The notes: a model not told the origin generated them from the sequence alone. A DNA stretch of 64,000 nucleotides from Candidatus Micrarchaeota archaeon (GCA_021851065.1 JAJZJQ010000004.1:3707-67706); one strand, 5' to 3'; shown: positions 9,986 to 19,757, counted from the first letter of the stretch. Program-made: numbers and translations.

Positions 9986-10570
9986 TCACTCGAGAATACC
10001 CATCAGAAGCTCATGGCTCTTTATGGCGTCAGATCTGTTCACAACTATGAGCGTTTCTGTGTAGCATGATACGAACTCGGCTATGTTTATGCTCTGCTCG
10101 GCAAGCAGGGAGGCCACAAATGCCACAAATCCCGGGGACGACTCAAGCCTCTCTTCCGAATGTATTGCTATTGCAGAGGCATTCTCGTGCAGCTTTATTG
10201 CGCCGGTCTTCACCTTCCCGAACTCCCTTCTGTCTCTCACAAGATAGACGTAGTAGTCGCCGATCCTGAGCTTGCTGCCTTTTCTTATGTCCACGTCCCT
10301 CATAGAAACTGCGACTCCTATGCCGCTTTCTATGGTCACAGTGCTTGCCTTAAGTATGGACAGGGCATGCCTCTCTATGCCTGCGCTCTCTTTGCGCAGT
10401 TCAATGGCGTACCTGCGCAGGGCTGCCTTTATTGCATGATAATTGCGTATGCGCAGGTCTTTTTGCACAACGCGCGCAAGGGCGCTGAAGTTTACTATTC
10501 CTGCTTCAAGCGCTTCAAGCGTGTAAGGCTTGTTCTTCAGGTATACGCGCACGATGTCTGAAATGGTCAT
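9986..10570 (-). CDS. ACT-domain putative amino-acid-responsive regulator (COG2150-like)
   Basis: 194 aa. The C-terminal beta-alpha-beta-beta-alpha-beta-like segment (FVAFVASLLAEQSINIAEFVSCYTETLIVV) resembles an ACT domain. Divergent from the arginine block. Confidence 0.5.
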   Translation of the reverse strand: MTISDIVRVYLKNKPYTLEALEAGIVNFSALARVVQKDLRIRNYHAIKAALRRYAIELRKESAGIERHALSILKASTVTIESGIGVAVSMRDVDIRKGSKLRIGDYYVYLVRDRREFGKVKTGAIKLHENASAIAIHSEERLESSPGFVAFVASLLAEQSINIAEFVSCYTETLIVVNRSDAIKSHELLMGILE

Positions 10571-10579
10571 CGCATCAAA

Positions 10580-10593
10580 GTATCATATGATAC
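10580..10593. promoter_or_regulatory. perfect 14-bp palindrome GTATCATATGATAC (candidate operator)
   Basis: Read directly. Lies 10 nt upstream of the ATG of 9986..10570 in the divergent intergenic region. Related copies are at 11171-11184 (GTATCAGATGAAAC) and 11201-11214. Confidence 0.35.
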
Positions 10594-10669
10594 AAAAAGC
10601 ATTAAATAATGCGCATATTGCTGCACATTATTTATTAACTTTCTTTGCGCATAAAGTCCGAGATCCCAT

Positions 10670-11164
10670 ATGGCAGATAGTTTTTCCATATCCCGGGCAA
10701 AACAACTAGACATATCCTCAATCGTGGAGCTTGTCAACAGCGAGGCGCACAGATCCGGAGCAGTGCTTGAGGTTGACGCAGAAAAGATAGGCGAATGGGT
10801 CCGCAGTGGCATATCCCTTGTCGCTAAGGACGCACGGGGCCTTGTGATAGGGCACGAGGCAGCATACAAATGGCCGCAGTCCGGATGGGTTGAGCTCAGG
10901 TCCCTGGTGGTCAGCGTGGCATGGAGGGGCAACGGGATAAGCAGCGCCCTCACAAAGGGGTTAATCGAGGAGATAAGGGAAAAGTTCGGCGCTCCAGTGG
11001 TTGTTGCCTTCACCAACAAGGCAGGAACCGGCCATGGCACTCTCGAGTCTGTGGGCATGGCTGAGATACGCTACGAAGACGTGCCAAAGGAGCTGTTTAC
11101 CATAGGCCTCCCCCACCGCGGGGAGGAGGAATACGGGTATAAGATATACTCGATGAAACTCTGA
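10670..11164 (+). CDS. GNAT-family N-acetyltransferase
   Basis: 164 aa. Acetyl-CoA pocket-like VVSVAWRGNGISSAL (R-x-x-G-x-G/A). Confidence 0.7.
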   Translation: MADSFSISRAKQLDISSIVELVNSEAHRSGAVLEVDAEKIGEWVRSGISLVAKDARGLVIGHEAAYKWPQSGWVELRSLVVSVAWRGNGISSALTKGLIEEIREKFGAPVVVAFTNKAGTGHGTLESVGMAEIRYEDVPKELFTIGLPHRGEEEYGYKIYSMKL

Positions 11165-11209
11165 TGTTATGTATCAGATGAAACATATTTGTCCTATTCT
11201 GTATCATCT

Positions 11210-12181
11210 ATGTCTGAAAGTTTATATACACTGCAAGGCAGAATACTGCTGATTGAAATGGCAGTTGTGAATCTGGCTAAAGACGGGCTGCGAGTTCAGC
11301 ATGTCGTCATGGTAGAGCCTAGCAGGAACATCGCAAAAGGCCACACCACCGTGGATCTTGGCAGTCCTGACTACGACCTTGCTGTAGAGCAGCACAGGGC
11401 ATATGCACAGGCTCTGCGCGATGCAGGGGTAAAGGTAGACGTATATCCTGCAACAGCGCACCCCGACAGCCATTTTGTGGAGGACATTGCAAGCGTATTC
11501 CGGTCCAGCTCTGGGGAACTGGTGGCTGTGGTTGCAAAACCTGCTACGGCACAGCGTTCCCCCGAAGTCGATTATATTGTGGGCATACTGCGCAGGATAG
11601 GCATGTCAATAATACACCTGCATGACCAGACAGGCTCCACTCTTGAGTTTGGTGACGTGGTGAGATTCGGCGGCAATGTGCTTGTCGGGCAGTCCAAGAG
11701 AACTAATCAAAAGGGCTACGAGGAGCTCAAGGCGATATTGAACTACCTGAATCCGGGATATGATGTCGGCTCCATGCGCGTCAACGGCAGCCTTCATGCG
11801 GATACCTGCATTTCTCCAATCAATGCGAATACGCTGCTGCGCGATCCGGCCATGAACCTCCAACAGGACTTTACGCACCACACGGTGTCCCTGCCTCGTT
11901 CCGAAGGATATGCCGCTAGCGTGCTTGTAGTCAATGAAAGCACTGTAATCATGCCAGTGACCACTAACAGCAGCCTTAACGGCTATGCCTCCACATTCAA
12001 TATACTCTCGCAGAATTACTCCCAAGTGGTTACCGTGCAGATGAGCGAGTTCCAGAAGATGGACGGCAGCCTCAGATGCCTCAAGCTCGCCGTAGTGTGG
12101 GATGACGGCCCAGGCCTGTCCTCGTCTACGGGCGTTAAGATGACGCAACATATAAAAGCGGCTGCTGGGAAATCATGCTAG
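11210..12181 (+). CDS. amidinotransferase-superfamily enzyme, DDAH/arginine-deiminase-like
   Basis: ORF 11189 starts at TTG; the first ATG is at 11210. PDSHFVEDIASVF and the C-terminal MDGSLRCLKL (catalytic-Cys motif dGgLtC) are typical of dimethylarginine dimethylaminohydrolase-like proteins. Confidence 0.6.
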   Translation: MSESLYTLQGRILLIEMAVVNLAKDGLRVQHVVMVEPSRNIAKGHTTVDLGSPDYDLAVEQHRAYAQALRDAGVKVDVYPATAHPDSHFVEDIASVFRSSSGELVAVVAKPATAQRSPEVDYIVGILRRIGMSIIHLHDQTGSTLEFGDVVRFGGNVLVGQSKRTNQKGYEELKAILNYLNPGYDVGSMRVNGSLHADTCISPINANTLLRDPAMNLQQDFTHHTVSLPRSEGYAASVLVVNESTVIMPVTTNSSLNGYASTFNILSQNYSQVVTVQMSEFQKMDGSLRCLKLAVVWDDGPGLSSSTGVKMTQHIKAAAGKSC

Positions 12182-12193
12182 TGGATGGTATAG

Positions 12194-13465
12194 ATGGCAA
12201 ACAAAAAAGTGGTTCTGGCTTACAGCGGCGGGCTTGACACTTCAGTCATACTGAAGTGGCTTGTGAACTCCGGATTCGATGTCGTATGCTTCGTAGGCAA
12301 CATAGGCCAGAAGGAGGACTTCGACTACATAAGAAAGAAGGCAATGGACACAGGCGCATCAAAGGTGTACATAGAGGACCTGCGCTCAGAGTTCGTGACC
12401 GACTTCATCTTCCCTGCGCTTATGGGCAACGCGCTGTACGAGGGCAGATACCTGCTTGGGACTTCGCTGGCTAGACCGCTGCTAGCAAAAAAACAGATAG
12501 AGATAGCCGAGAAGGAGGGCGCAGGGTACGTGGCGCACGGGGCCACAGGCAAGGGCAATGACCAGGTGCGCTTTGAGCTTGCCTACTACGCGCTTAACCC
12601 AAATATAACTGTAATAGCCCCGTGGAGGGACTCCAAGTTCCTTTTGCAGTTCAAAGGGCGCAGCGACATGATTGCATATGCCCAGAAGTACGGGATACCT
12701 ATCAAGGCTACAAAGGGCAAGCCGTATAGCGAAGACGAGAACCTCATGCACATAAGCCACGAGGCAGGCATACTTGAGGATCCTGCAATGAAGACTGCGC
12801 AGAGCATCTTCAGCAGGACAGTCCAGCCCATGAAGGCGCCAAGCTCCCAGACAACAATCGAGATAGAATTCAAGAACGGCATACCTGCAAAGGTAGCAAA
12901 CAAAGCTGCCCACATAGTCAAGACAAAGCCTCTTGAGATTTTCATGTACCTAAACGAGATAGGCAGCAAGAACGGGGTAGGCAGGGTGGACATGGTGGAG
13001 AACAGGTACATAGGGATAAAATCGCGCGGAGTGTACGAAACTCCTGGCGCAACCATACTGTGGGCAGCGCACCGCGACCTTGAAGGCATAGCCATGGACA
13101 AGGAGGTTATGCACCTACGCGACATGCTCATACCGAAATTCGCCGAGCTTATCTACAACGGCTACTGGTTCTCTCCGGAGATGGACTTCCTGTTCAGCGC
13201 TCTCGAGAAGAGCCAGGAGGCCATAGACGGCAAGGTCACCATTGAGCTCTACAAGGGCAACGTGTTCCCTGTGTCAAGGGAATCGCAAACAGCGCTATAC
13301 AGCAAGAAGCAGTCCAGCATGGACGAGCTTGGGGGCTTTAACGTGTCAGACTCGCAGGGGTTCATCAACATAAGCGCAGTAAGACTAAAGGCGCACAACG
13401 CAGTGCTGAAAAAACGCTTCCCATACGAGTGGCGCAGGAAGCTGTTCAAGAAGCTGAGTGGTTGA
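12194..13465 (+). CDS. argG: argininosuccinate synthase
   Basis: [13 protein letters not shown] motif, [13 protein letters not shown], 423 aa. Confidence 0.95.
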   Translation: MANKKVVLAYSGGLDTSVILKWLVNSGFDVVCFVGNIGQKEDFDYIRKKAMDTGASKVYIEDLRSEFVTDFIFPALMGNALYEGRYLLGTSLARPLLAKKQIEIAEKEGAGYVAHGATGKGNDQVRFELAYYALNPNITVIAPWRDSKFLLQFKGRSDMIAYAQKYGIPIKATKGKPYSEDENLMHISHEAGILEDPAMKTAQSIFSRTVQPMKAPSSQTTIEIEFKNGIPAKVANKAAHIVKTKPLEIFMYLNEIGSKNGVGRVDMVENRYIGIKSRGVYETPGATILWAAHRDLEGIAMDKEVMHLRDMLIPKFAELIYNGYWFSPEMDFLFSALEKSQEAIDGKVTIELYKGNVFPVSRESQTALYSKKQSSMDELGGFNVSDSQGFINISAVRLKAHNAVLKKRFPYEWRRKLFKKLSG

Positions 13466-13466
13466 A

Positions 13467-14651
13467 ATGGGCAAGCTCTGGGATAAAGGCTACAGCGTGG
13501 ACAAGGAGGTGGAGCAGTACATGGCAGCGGAAGGCTACCTATTGGACCAGGCGCTGGTCAAGTACGACTGCAGGGCATCGATAGCCCATGCAAAGATGCT
13601 TGGAAAGATCGGCATGCTAAACAAGGATGAGGTCAGACAGCTTGTCAAGGCTCTAAATGGCATAATAGCGCTTGATTCCAATGGCAAGTTCAGCCTAAAG
13701 CCACAGGACGAGGACTGCCACACTGCAATAGAGAACTACCTAACAGCCAAACTTGGCGATGTAGGAAGGAAGATACACACGGCGCGCTCAAGAAACGACC
13801 AGGTGCAGGCAGCCCTTCGCCTTTATTACAAAGACGAGCTTGGCGAAGTAATCGTGCTTGTAAAAAAACTGCTCATATCCCTCAAATCATTCGATGGCAA
13901 GTATGGCCGAATAGGCATTCCAGGGTACACCCACACAAGAAAGGCAATGCCATCCTCGGTGCATATGTGGAGCCGGGCATTCATCGAGTCGCTTGAAGAT
14001 GACCTGACCATTCTTGGTGCAGCGCACTCGCTAAACGACCAAAACCCCCTTGGCACAGGCGCCGGCTACGGGGTTCCAATGGCTGTGGACAGGGAGTACA
14101 CTGCAAAAGAGCTTGGCTTCTCCAAAGTGCAAGGCAATCCCATATATGTGCAAAACAGCAGGGGCAAGTTCGAGTCGGTCATAGTCCACGCCCTGGCCCA
14201 TCTGATGCTCGATCTAAACAAGATGTCAACCGATGCGATAATGTTCAGCATGCCTGAGTTTGGCTACTTCGTCATGCCAAAGGAGCTAACCACCGGAAGC
14301 TCAATAATGCCGCATAAGAAGAATCCGGATGTGCTGGAGCTTGTGCGCGGCAACTACCACGTTGTGAGCTCGTACGGCTGCATGATAGACTCTATTATAG
14401 GAAACCTGCCGTCAGGATACAACGCAGATCTTTCACTTACCAAAGGGCCAGCAATGCGCAGTATAAGCATAACCAAGCGCAGCCTATCCGTGATGGCTCT
14501 ATTCATCGGCAAGCTGGCTGTGGACAAAGCTGCATGCAAAAAGGCCATGTCGCAGGAGCTATACGCAACCAATGAGGCATACGACCTTGTCAAGAAAGGC
14601 GTGCCTTTCAGAAAGGCATATAAGGAAATAGCAAAGAAGTATAGTAAATAA
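13467..14651 (+). CDS. argH: argininosuccinate lyase
   Basis: ATG lies 1 nt after the argG stop. Fumarate-lyase signature GSSIMPHKKNPDVLE. Confidence 0.9.
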   Translation: MGKLWDKGYSVDKEVEQYMAAEGYLLDQALVKYDCRASIAHAKMLGKIGMLNKDEVRQLVKALNGIIALDSNGKFSLKPQDEDCHTAIENYLTAKLGDVGRKIHTARSRNDQVQAALRLYYKDELGEVIVLVKKLLISLKSFDGKYGRIGIPGYTHTRKAMPSSVHMWSRAFIESLEDDLTILGAAHSLNDQNPLGTGAGYGVPMAVDREYTAKELGFSKVQGNPIYVQNSRGKFESVIVHALAHLMLDLNKMSTDAIMFSMPEFGYFVMPKELTTGSSIMPHKKNPDVLELVRGNYHVVSSYGCMIDSIIGNLPSGYNADLSLTKGPAMRSISITKRSLSVMALFIGKLAVDKAACKKAMSQELYATNEAYDLVKKGVPFRKAYKEIAKKYSK

Positions 14652-14654
14652 TCT

Positions 14655-14729
14655 GGGTCCGTAGCTCAGCTTGGATAGAGCGGAACCGTCCTAAGGTTAA
14701 GGTCGCGGGTTCAAATCCCGTCGGACCCG
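14655..14729 (+). tRNA. tRNA-Arg (anticodon CCU)
   Basis: Cloverleaf read by hand: acceptor GGGTCCG/CGGACCC, D arm GCTC..GAGC, anticodon loop GTCCTAA, T arm GCGGG-TTCAAAT-CCCGT. Starts 3 nt after the argH stop. Confidence 0.85.
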
Positions 14730-14807
14730 ATTCAAGCATGTGCCTTAGCCTACTGCGCAGCCATGATCTGTTGTTTCATCCACAAATCCATGTCACTGAT
14801 CATTCCA

Positions 14808-15236
14808 TCATCTTTCCAGGTACCTGGCTATAAGCCCAGGGCCTTTCATGCCCTTTGGCCTACCTGATGCGGCCTTCCATTTCCGTGCATCTTCAAGGCA
14901 AGCAAAATCCACTCCATCAACCTTCATTGCCCCGCAAAGCAGTTCGGATAGCGTAGGGGCATATGGGCCGAATTACCCGGGAAAATTAAGTGATTTTACC
15001 TTTTCAACGGCATCATTTTCCGATAGCATAATGCTATCTGCTACGCACGGACCCATATCATCAGCGCATATGCCTGGCCATCCACTGCAACTATCCTGCT
15101 GCATGCCATGCGCTACCTGCACTACAATCCATTTATATAGGGCTGTGGGGATATAACCCTGTGATATGACCGTATGCCAGGGCTGGTGATGTGAAAAAAC
15201 CAAAGCAGCATAGGGCCGCTGCACCTGCCCACTCAA
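14808..15236 (-). pseudogene. reading frame of unknown function interrupted by one in-frame TAA
   Basis: ORF 14973..15236 ends at TAA (14973-14975). The same frame stays open for another 54 codons (FGPYAPTLSELLCGAMKVDGVDFACLEDARKWK...YLER) to the TGA at 14808-14810. Confidence 0.3.
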
Positions 15237-16645
15237 GCCTCCTGTTTGGACTGCTCATAATCGCCGTCTTTCTTGACGTGATGGATTTCTCCGTAGTCAA
15301 TGTCGCATTGCCTGTCATAAAGTCGGATTTCGGAGCGTCCCTTGCAGCTATACAATGGGTAATAGGAGCTTATGGGCTCACTATGGCAGGCTTTCTGCTA
15401 CTTAGCGGCAGAGCTGGCGACATGTATGGCCAGAAGAAGCTGTTCGTATCCGGCATAGTGCTGTTCACCGCGTCATCATTTGCAGCAGGAATTGCACCAT
15501 CACTGCCAATACTGATCGCCCTAAGGGCAGTGCAGGGGATAGGCGCTGCAATCTCCTCTGTCACGGCCTTCTCCATCTTCCTAGTGCTTTTCCCAGAAGG
15601 CGAGAAAAGAAACAGGGCAATGGGGATATTCATGGCAGTTCTGTCTGCTGGCTTTGCCGCAGGCGCGCTTGCAGGAGGATTCCTCACTGCGTTCCTGGGC
15701 TGGAGATCCGTATTCTTCATAAATGTGCCAATAGGGGCCATTGCAGCCGTTCTCATATACCGGTACCTTCCTGAATCTGGCGCAAGGGCGGCAAACAAGG
15801 GCCTTGACCTGCCAGGAGCCACAGCAATAACAGCAGGGCTCATGCTGCTGGTGTACGCTTTTACGGTGGCTTCAGGCGGCGATTTAATCTCACTGCAGAC
15901 TCTAGTGCCTCTTCTACTGTCACTTGTCCTACTGGCATCGTTCTTCTACATAGAGTCACTGTCAAGGAACCCGCTCATGCCACTTGAATTTATCAAAAGG
16001 GGCGCAATACTGAATGCCAATCTTGCTGCCCTTGTTGTAGCTGCGGCATCAGGTGGCCTTGGGGTTCTTGTTACGCTGTTCCTGCAGCAGACTCTGGGAT
16101 ATAGTCCCCTTGATGCAGGGCTAGGTTTCCTGCCACCAGCTGCAATCTTCTTCATCATAGGGGGATGGGGTCTTGATCCAATAATACGAAGGCTGGGCAT
16201 AAAACGCGCCATGATAGCATCATCAATATTGGTCACTGCCGGGGTCGCCTTGCTGATCCCCATATCGCTTAAGGGCGGATACCTTGGCATACTGCCAGGC
16301 ACAGTGCTGTGGGCTCTTGGAGCAAGCATAGCCTTCCCTGCCCTTAGCCTTGCGGCTGTAAACGGCACAAGGCGCGGCGAAGAAGGCCTGGCATCAGGGA
16401 TCATAACAACAACCCAGCGAATAGGGTTCCCCGTGGGCCTTGCAGCGCTAGTCGCCATATCAAGTGCGGCTACCCCTCTAAATTCCACGCCTGCGCAGTC
16501 CATAGCCGGATTCAGGGATGCATTCATTGCGGCTGCGATTATGAGCGTGCTTGCCATACTGCTGGTGCTCAGGATAAATGTCCCAGAGCACTCAAAGAGG
16601 GTGCAAGGAATAAGCACGGAGTTTGTAGAAGCTGACCTTCCCTGA
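15191..16645 (+). CDS. MFS transporter, DHA2/EmrB-like (about 14 TM)
   Basis: GTG start. LDVMDFSVVNVALPVI and GRAGDMYGQKKLF motifs, hydrophobic periodicity throughout, 484 aa. Confidence 0.85.
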   Translation: MKKPKQHRAAAPAHSSLLFGLLIIAVFLDVMDFSVVNVALPVIKSDFGASLAAIQWVIGAYGLTMAGFLLLSGRAGDMYGQKKLFVSGIVLFTASSFAAGIAPSLPILIALRAVQGIGAAISSVTAFSIFLVLFPEGEKRNRAMGIFMAVLSAGFAAGALAGGFLTAFLGWRSVFFINVPIGAIAAVLIYRYLPESGARAANKGLDLPGATAITAGLMLLVYAFTVASGGDLISLQTLVPLLLSLVLLASFFYIESLSRNPLMPLEFIKRGAILNANLAALVVAAASGGLGVLVTLFLQQTLGYSPLDAGLGFLPPAAIFFIIGGWGLDPIIRRLGIKRAMIASSILVTAGVALLIPISLKGGYLGILPGTVLWALGASIAFPALSLAAVNGTRRGEEGLASGIITTTQRIGFPVGLAALVAISSAATPLNSTPAQSIAGFRDAFIAAAIMSVLAILLVLRINVPEHSKRVQGISTEFVEADLP

Positions 16646-16710
16646 CCTCGGCCATCAACCATGCAAAGCAATCTCTCAATTATGGTGATGTCAAGCAATG
16701 GCGATTGCGT

Positions 16711-17259
16711 ATGGATAACTGTCACGTTCTTATAACCGGCCCATCAGGGGCGGGCAAGACCACCCTTGCCAGGCATTTCAGAAGCCTAGGGGAAAACGGC
16801 GTGGATGCAGACACTGCCGGCATAGGCAAATGGATGGACGGATCGGGAAACGAATTCAGGCCTCCTGCGGATTCCGCAATCAATGCCGGACAGTGGGCGT
16901 TTGACATGGGGCTACGGTGGAACTGGGACGTTTCAAGGCTGGTGCATCTTCTGGGCAGCATGCACAGGGTGTATCTTTTCGGGGGAGCATACAACATATA
17001 CGGCCTATCGGGACTCTTTTGCCGCAGATACTACCTCGATGCTGATGCAAAGCTCCTGGAAGAGCGGCTTGAGAGCAGGAGCAGGGAAGGCAAGAGCCAT
17101 GTGGGATGGGGAGAGACGAAGGAGCACAGGGCAGTAATACTCGCAGAACTGGATGCGGACAGGTCAAAGGCAGCAGAACACGGGCTTAGGTTCATCGATG
17201 CCAGCCTGCCAATTGACCGGATATTCAGAATTATCGTAGGTATAAGAGCCGACCTGTAA
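16711..17259 (+). CDS. P-loop NTPase/kinase-like protein
   Basis: ATG at 16711 (the ORF TTG is at 16705). Walker A ITGPSGAGKTTL. Confidence 0.6.
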   Translation: MDNCHVLITGPSGAGKTTLARHFRSLGENGVDADTAGIGKWMDGSGNEFRPPADSAINAGQWAFDMGLRWNWDVSRLVHLLGSMHRVYLFGGAYNIYGLSGLFCRRYYLDADAKLLEERLESRSREGKSHVGWGETKEHRAVILAELDADRSKAAEHGLRFIDASLPIDRIFRIIVGIRADL

Positions 17260-17350
17260 ACTACTCGTCAGGATAATTCGTCCATGCAGCCTAACAAAAC
17301 AAACATGTTTTATAACCTCTCTTTCAGTATAATACAAAGTGGTTTTCAGC

Positions 17351-18391
17351 ATGGCGGCCAAGCTTAGCAAGAGCATAAAGGAGCCGAGCATACTCGTGAA
17401 GCCGGTGTCAAGGTTTGGCGGGCTCGACAGCATACACATAACCCTCATGGTGCTTGTGGCCATACTCATACTAATAGTGGTTGCTATATCCTACAACACC
17501 CAAGTTCCAGTAACCAATTCAACTACCAGTGCCCAGCAGTGCACCGCAGGACAGTGTTCGGCTCCAATCCACAATGCCACCCAGGTCAAGAGGTATGCGG
17601 AGAGGGTGCTGGCAGGATATGTCGGCCTGAACAGCTCCATAGCGCTTCTGCCATATCTGTCCAACGTCTCTGCAATGAAGGTGTCCTATCTTGCCGCATC
17701 CAAGGAGTGGTATGCCACAGTCCCATACACGAGCCCCACATCGAACAGCACATATGCCATAACTATGGCCATATACGATTCAAACCTCACTCTCGCAGGA
17801 ACGCTATTCCAGGGAGTGGGTCCAAGCTCCATACCCCAAAACTACGTCATAGCTCCAGGGGTTGTAAAGCTAGCAGGCAAGACCAGCTGCAGCGCCAACG
17901 GCCCCCTCCAGCAGGAATGGTTCATGGATCCGTATGCTCCGGGCGGCATAAGTTCAATACTTGAGGCCGAGGCTCTGCAGCAAAAGTACGCAGGCAAGCT
18001 TAACGTGTCAATAAGGGAGATCTTCACCCAATACTCAACTGCAGTAGCAGACCAATACGGGCTCAACGGCACGCTAAACCTTGAGAGATACATAATCTGC
18101 GGATCTGCACAGGACAACTTCACCGGATTCATGCGCTCGCTGAACGCGTCATACTCGGGTACCTATGTGCCTCTGTCAGTCCTGCAGGGCATAGCCCAGC
18201 AATCAGGATTCAACATGACTAGCCTGGATTCATGCATTGCCTCGTCGCCTCGCCTGATAGACGGCCAGTTCGCTACGGCAAGATACTATAACATAACATC
18301 TGCGCCATCGGTCTTAACTGACTGCCAGTACGTGTCTCTGCCGCAGACTGCAATGAATGCCGTGTGCTATGCGCGTGGGTCATTATGCTGA
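17351..18391 (+). CDS. N-terminally anchored extracellular Cys-containing glycoprotein (hypothetical)
   Basis: ATG at 17351 after the TATA-like ttttataa/tataata (17308-17335). TM helix ITLMVLVAILILIVVAI, sequon-rich, several Cys. Confidence 0.6.
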   Translation: MAAKLSKSIKEPSILVKPVSRFGGLDSIHITLMVLVAILILIVVAISYNTQVPVTNSTTSAQQCTAGQCSAPIHNATQVKRYAERVLAGYVGLNSSIALLPYLSNVSAMKVSYLAASKEWYATVPYTSPTSNSTYAITMAIYDSNLTLAGTLFQGVGPSSIPQNYVIAPGVVKLAGKTSCSANGPLQQEWFMDPYAPGGISSILEAEALQQKYAGKLNVSIREIFTQYSTAVADQYGLNGTLNLERYIICGSAQDNFTGFMRSLNASYSGTYVPLSVLQGIAQQSGFNMTSLDSCIASSPRLIDGQFATARYYNITSAPSVLTDCQYVSLPQTAMNAVCYARGSLC

Positions 18392-18399
18392 TGTATTGA

Positions 18400-18888
18400 A
18401 TGAAGCACATAATAGCCGGAATAGATCCAGGGAAGCATGCGGCAGTCGCATGCATTGACCTTGACGGCAAAGTGGTCCATCTCGCGACAGGCCTTTTCGT
18501 CGGTACAGAATGGCTTGTGGGGCAGATAGGGCGCGCAGGTTCCCCTGTCGTAATAGCCAGCGACAAGAAGAGGCCTGATGATACTCCAAAGAAGATTGCA
18601 GCAATATTCGGTGCCGTGCTGTTCTCTTCGGACTACGATATAAGCGTAAAGCGTAAGCATGAGCTTGCAAGGATCCACAAGGTGGGCACTGCGCATGAGC
18701 GGGACGCACTATCCGCTGCCATAACTGCTTACAACTCCTACAAAAACAAACTCAACCAGGCCGGGTCCTTTGCCAAAAAGAACGGGATAGGGGACATGGA
18801 CATGGTCAAGGCCATGGTAATAAAGCGATACTCTATGCACGAGGCCATAACCGAGAGGATGGTTTCAACTGCGTTCAAGAGGACCTGA
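18400..18888 (+). CDS. short DUF460-like RNase H-fold protein
   Basis: IIAGIDPGKHAAVACIDLDG...PVVIASDKKRPDDTPKKIAAIF...AHERDALSAAITAY matches the N-terminal module of archaeal DUF460, but the protein is only 162 aa. Confidence 0.55.
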   Translation: MKHIIAGIDPGKHAAVACIDLDGKVVHLATGLFVGTEWLVGQIGRAGSPVVIASDKKRPDDTPKKIAAIFGAVLFSSDYDISVKRKHELARIHKVGTAHERDALSAAITAYNSYKNKLNQAGSFAKKNGIGDMDMVKAMVIKRYSMHEAITERMVSTAFKRT

Positions 18889-19437
18889 AGGCATCTGCCC
18901 TCTCATAATGCAGTCTACTGCCCTGAATTCATCCTCCTTGCTCATGAGCCCCGTATTGAGCACAAGGTGGAAAAACTTAGGATCCCTGTAATCAGTTCCA
19001 AACAGCTCCTTGCCTATCCTTACCTCATCCTCCTCCCTCCCATTAAGTATCCTCTCTATATCTTTGACATCCCTGCCCTTGTACTCACCGTCTACCGAAG
19101 CCCTCTGCGCCCGTATGGACACGTCTGCAGTAAGGAAAACCAGCAGGCATATGCCACTGTCAAGATACTGGCAGAATCTTGAGTCAGCAACCACTTCGCC
19201 TTTCTCGAATTCCTCCTTTGCTATCGCATTGATATTCTGGTTGTCCTCCATGCTCGTGGATCCCCAGTAGCTCTCGAATGAGACATCGCCATTTGGGTAG
19301 GCCTTTCTCCATCTCTCTCTCCACATGTCTCCTATGGATATCTTCCTCCAGCCATAGGCGCCAGATAGCATGCTGCTTAGGCTGGATTTGCCTGACTTGG
19401 GGTTCCCCGAAATCACTATGCTCCTAAACCTGCGCAT
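18865..19437 (-). CDS. cytidylate-kinase-like P-loop kinase
   Basis: ATG at 19437 (the ORF TTG is at 19455). VISGNPKSGKSSLSSML Walker A. About 190 aa. Confidence 0.5.
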   Translation of the reverse strand: MRRFRSIVISGNPKSGKSSLSSMLSGAYGWRKISIGDMWRERWRKAYPNGDVSFESYWGSTSMEDNQNINAIAKEEFEKGEVVADSRFCQYLDSGICLLVFLTADVSIRAQRASVDGEYKGRDVKDIERILNGREEDEVRIGKELFGTDYRDPKFFHLVLNTGLMSKEDEFRAVDCIMRGQMPSGPLERS

Positions 19438-19479
19438 GCGGCCATCCCAAAACAAAAAGCAGCCCTGTAGAAGCGCATA

Positions 19480-19728
19480 TTACCTGCGCCCCTTCCTGCG
19501 GACCTCCTCATTCTCGATATCTTCCTGCTCCTTCCTTATCTCCTTTTGGGTCTGCTCGATCTTCTCCTCTTCCATGTGTATGTAGAATAGGGAGATCACC
19601 ACTGCAAGTATGGCTATGAATGCAGAAACTATTGCAAGATTGCTGCTAGCTATCACAAGCGAAACAAACGCAAGCACCACGGCAGCCAGAGTCACTATCG
19701 CAAGTATGTACTCTTGTCTTTTGTTCAT
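19480..19728 (-). CDS. small two-TM membrane protein with acidic/basic tail
   Basis: 82 aa with hydrophobic stretches ILAIVTLAAVVLAFVSLVI and IVSAFIAILAVVISLFYI. Confidence 0.4.
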   Translation of the reverse strand: MNKRQEYILAIVTLAAVVLAFVSLVIASSNLAIVSAFIAILAVVISLFYIHMEEEKIEQTQKEIRKEQEDIENEEVRRKGRR

Positions 19729-19757
19729 CTCAATCCCATTTGATTATCAAACATCAC

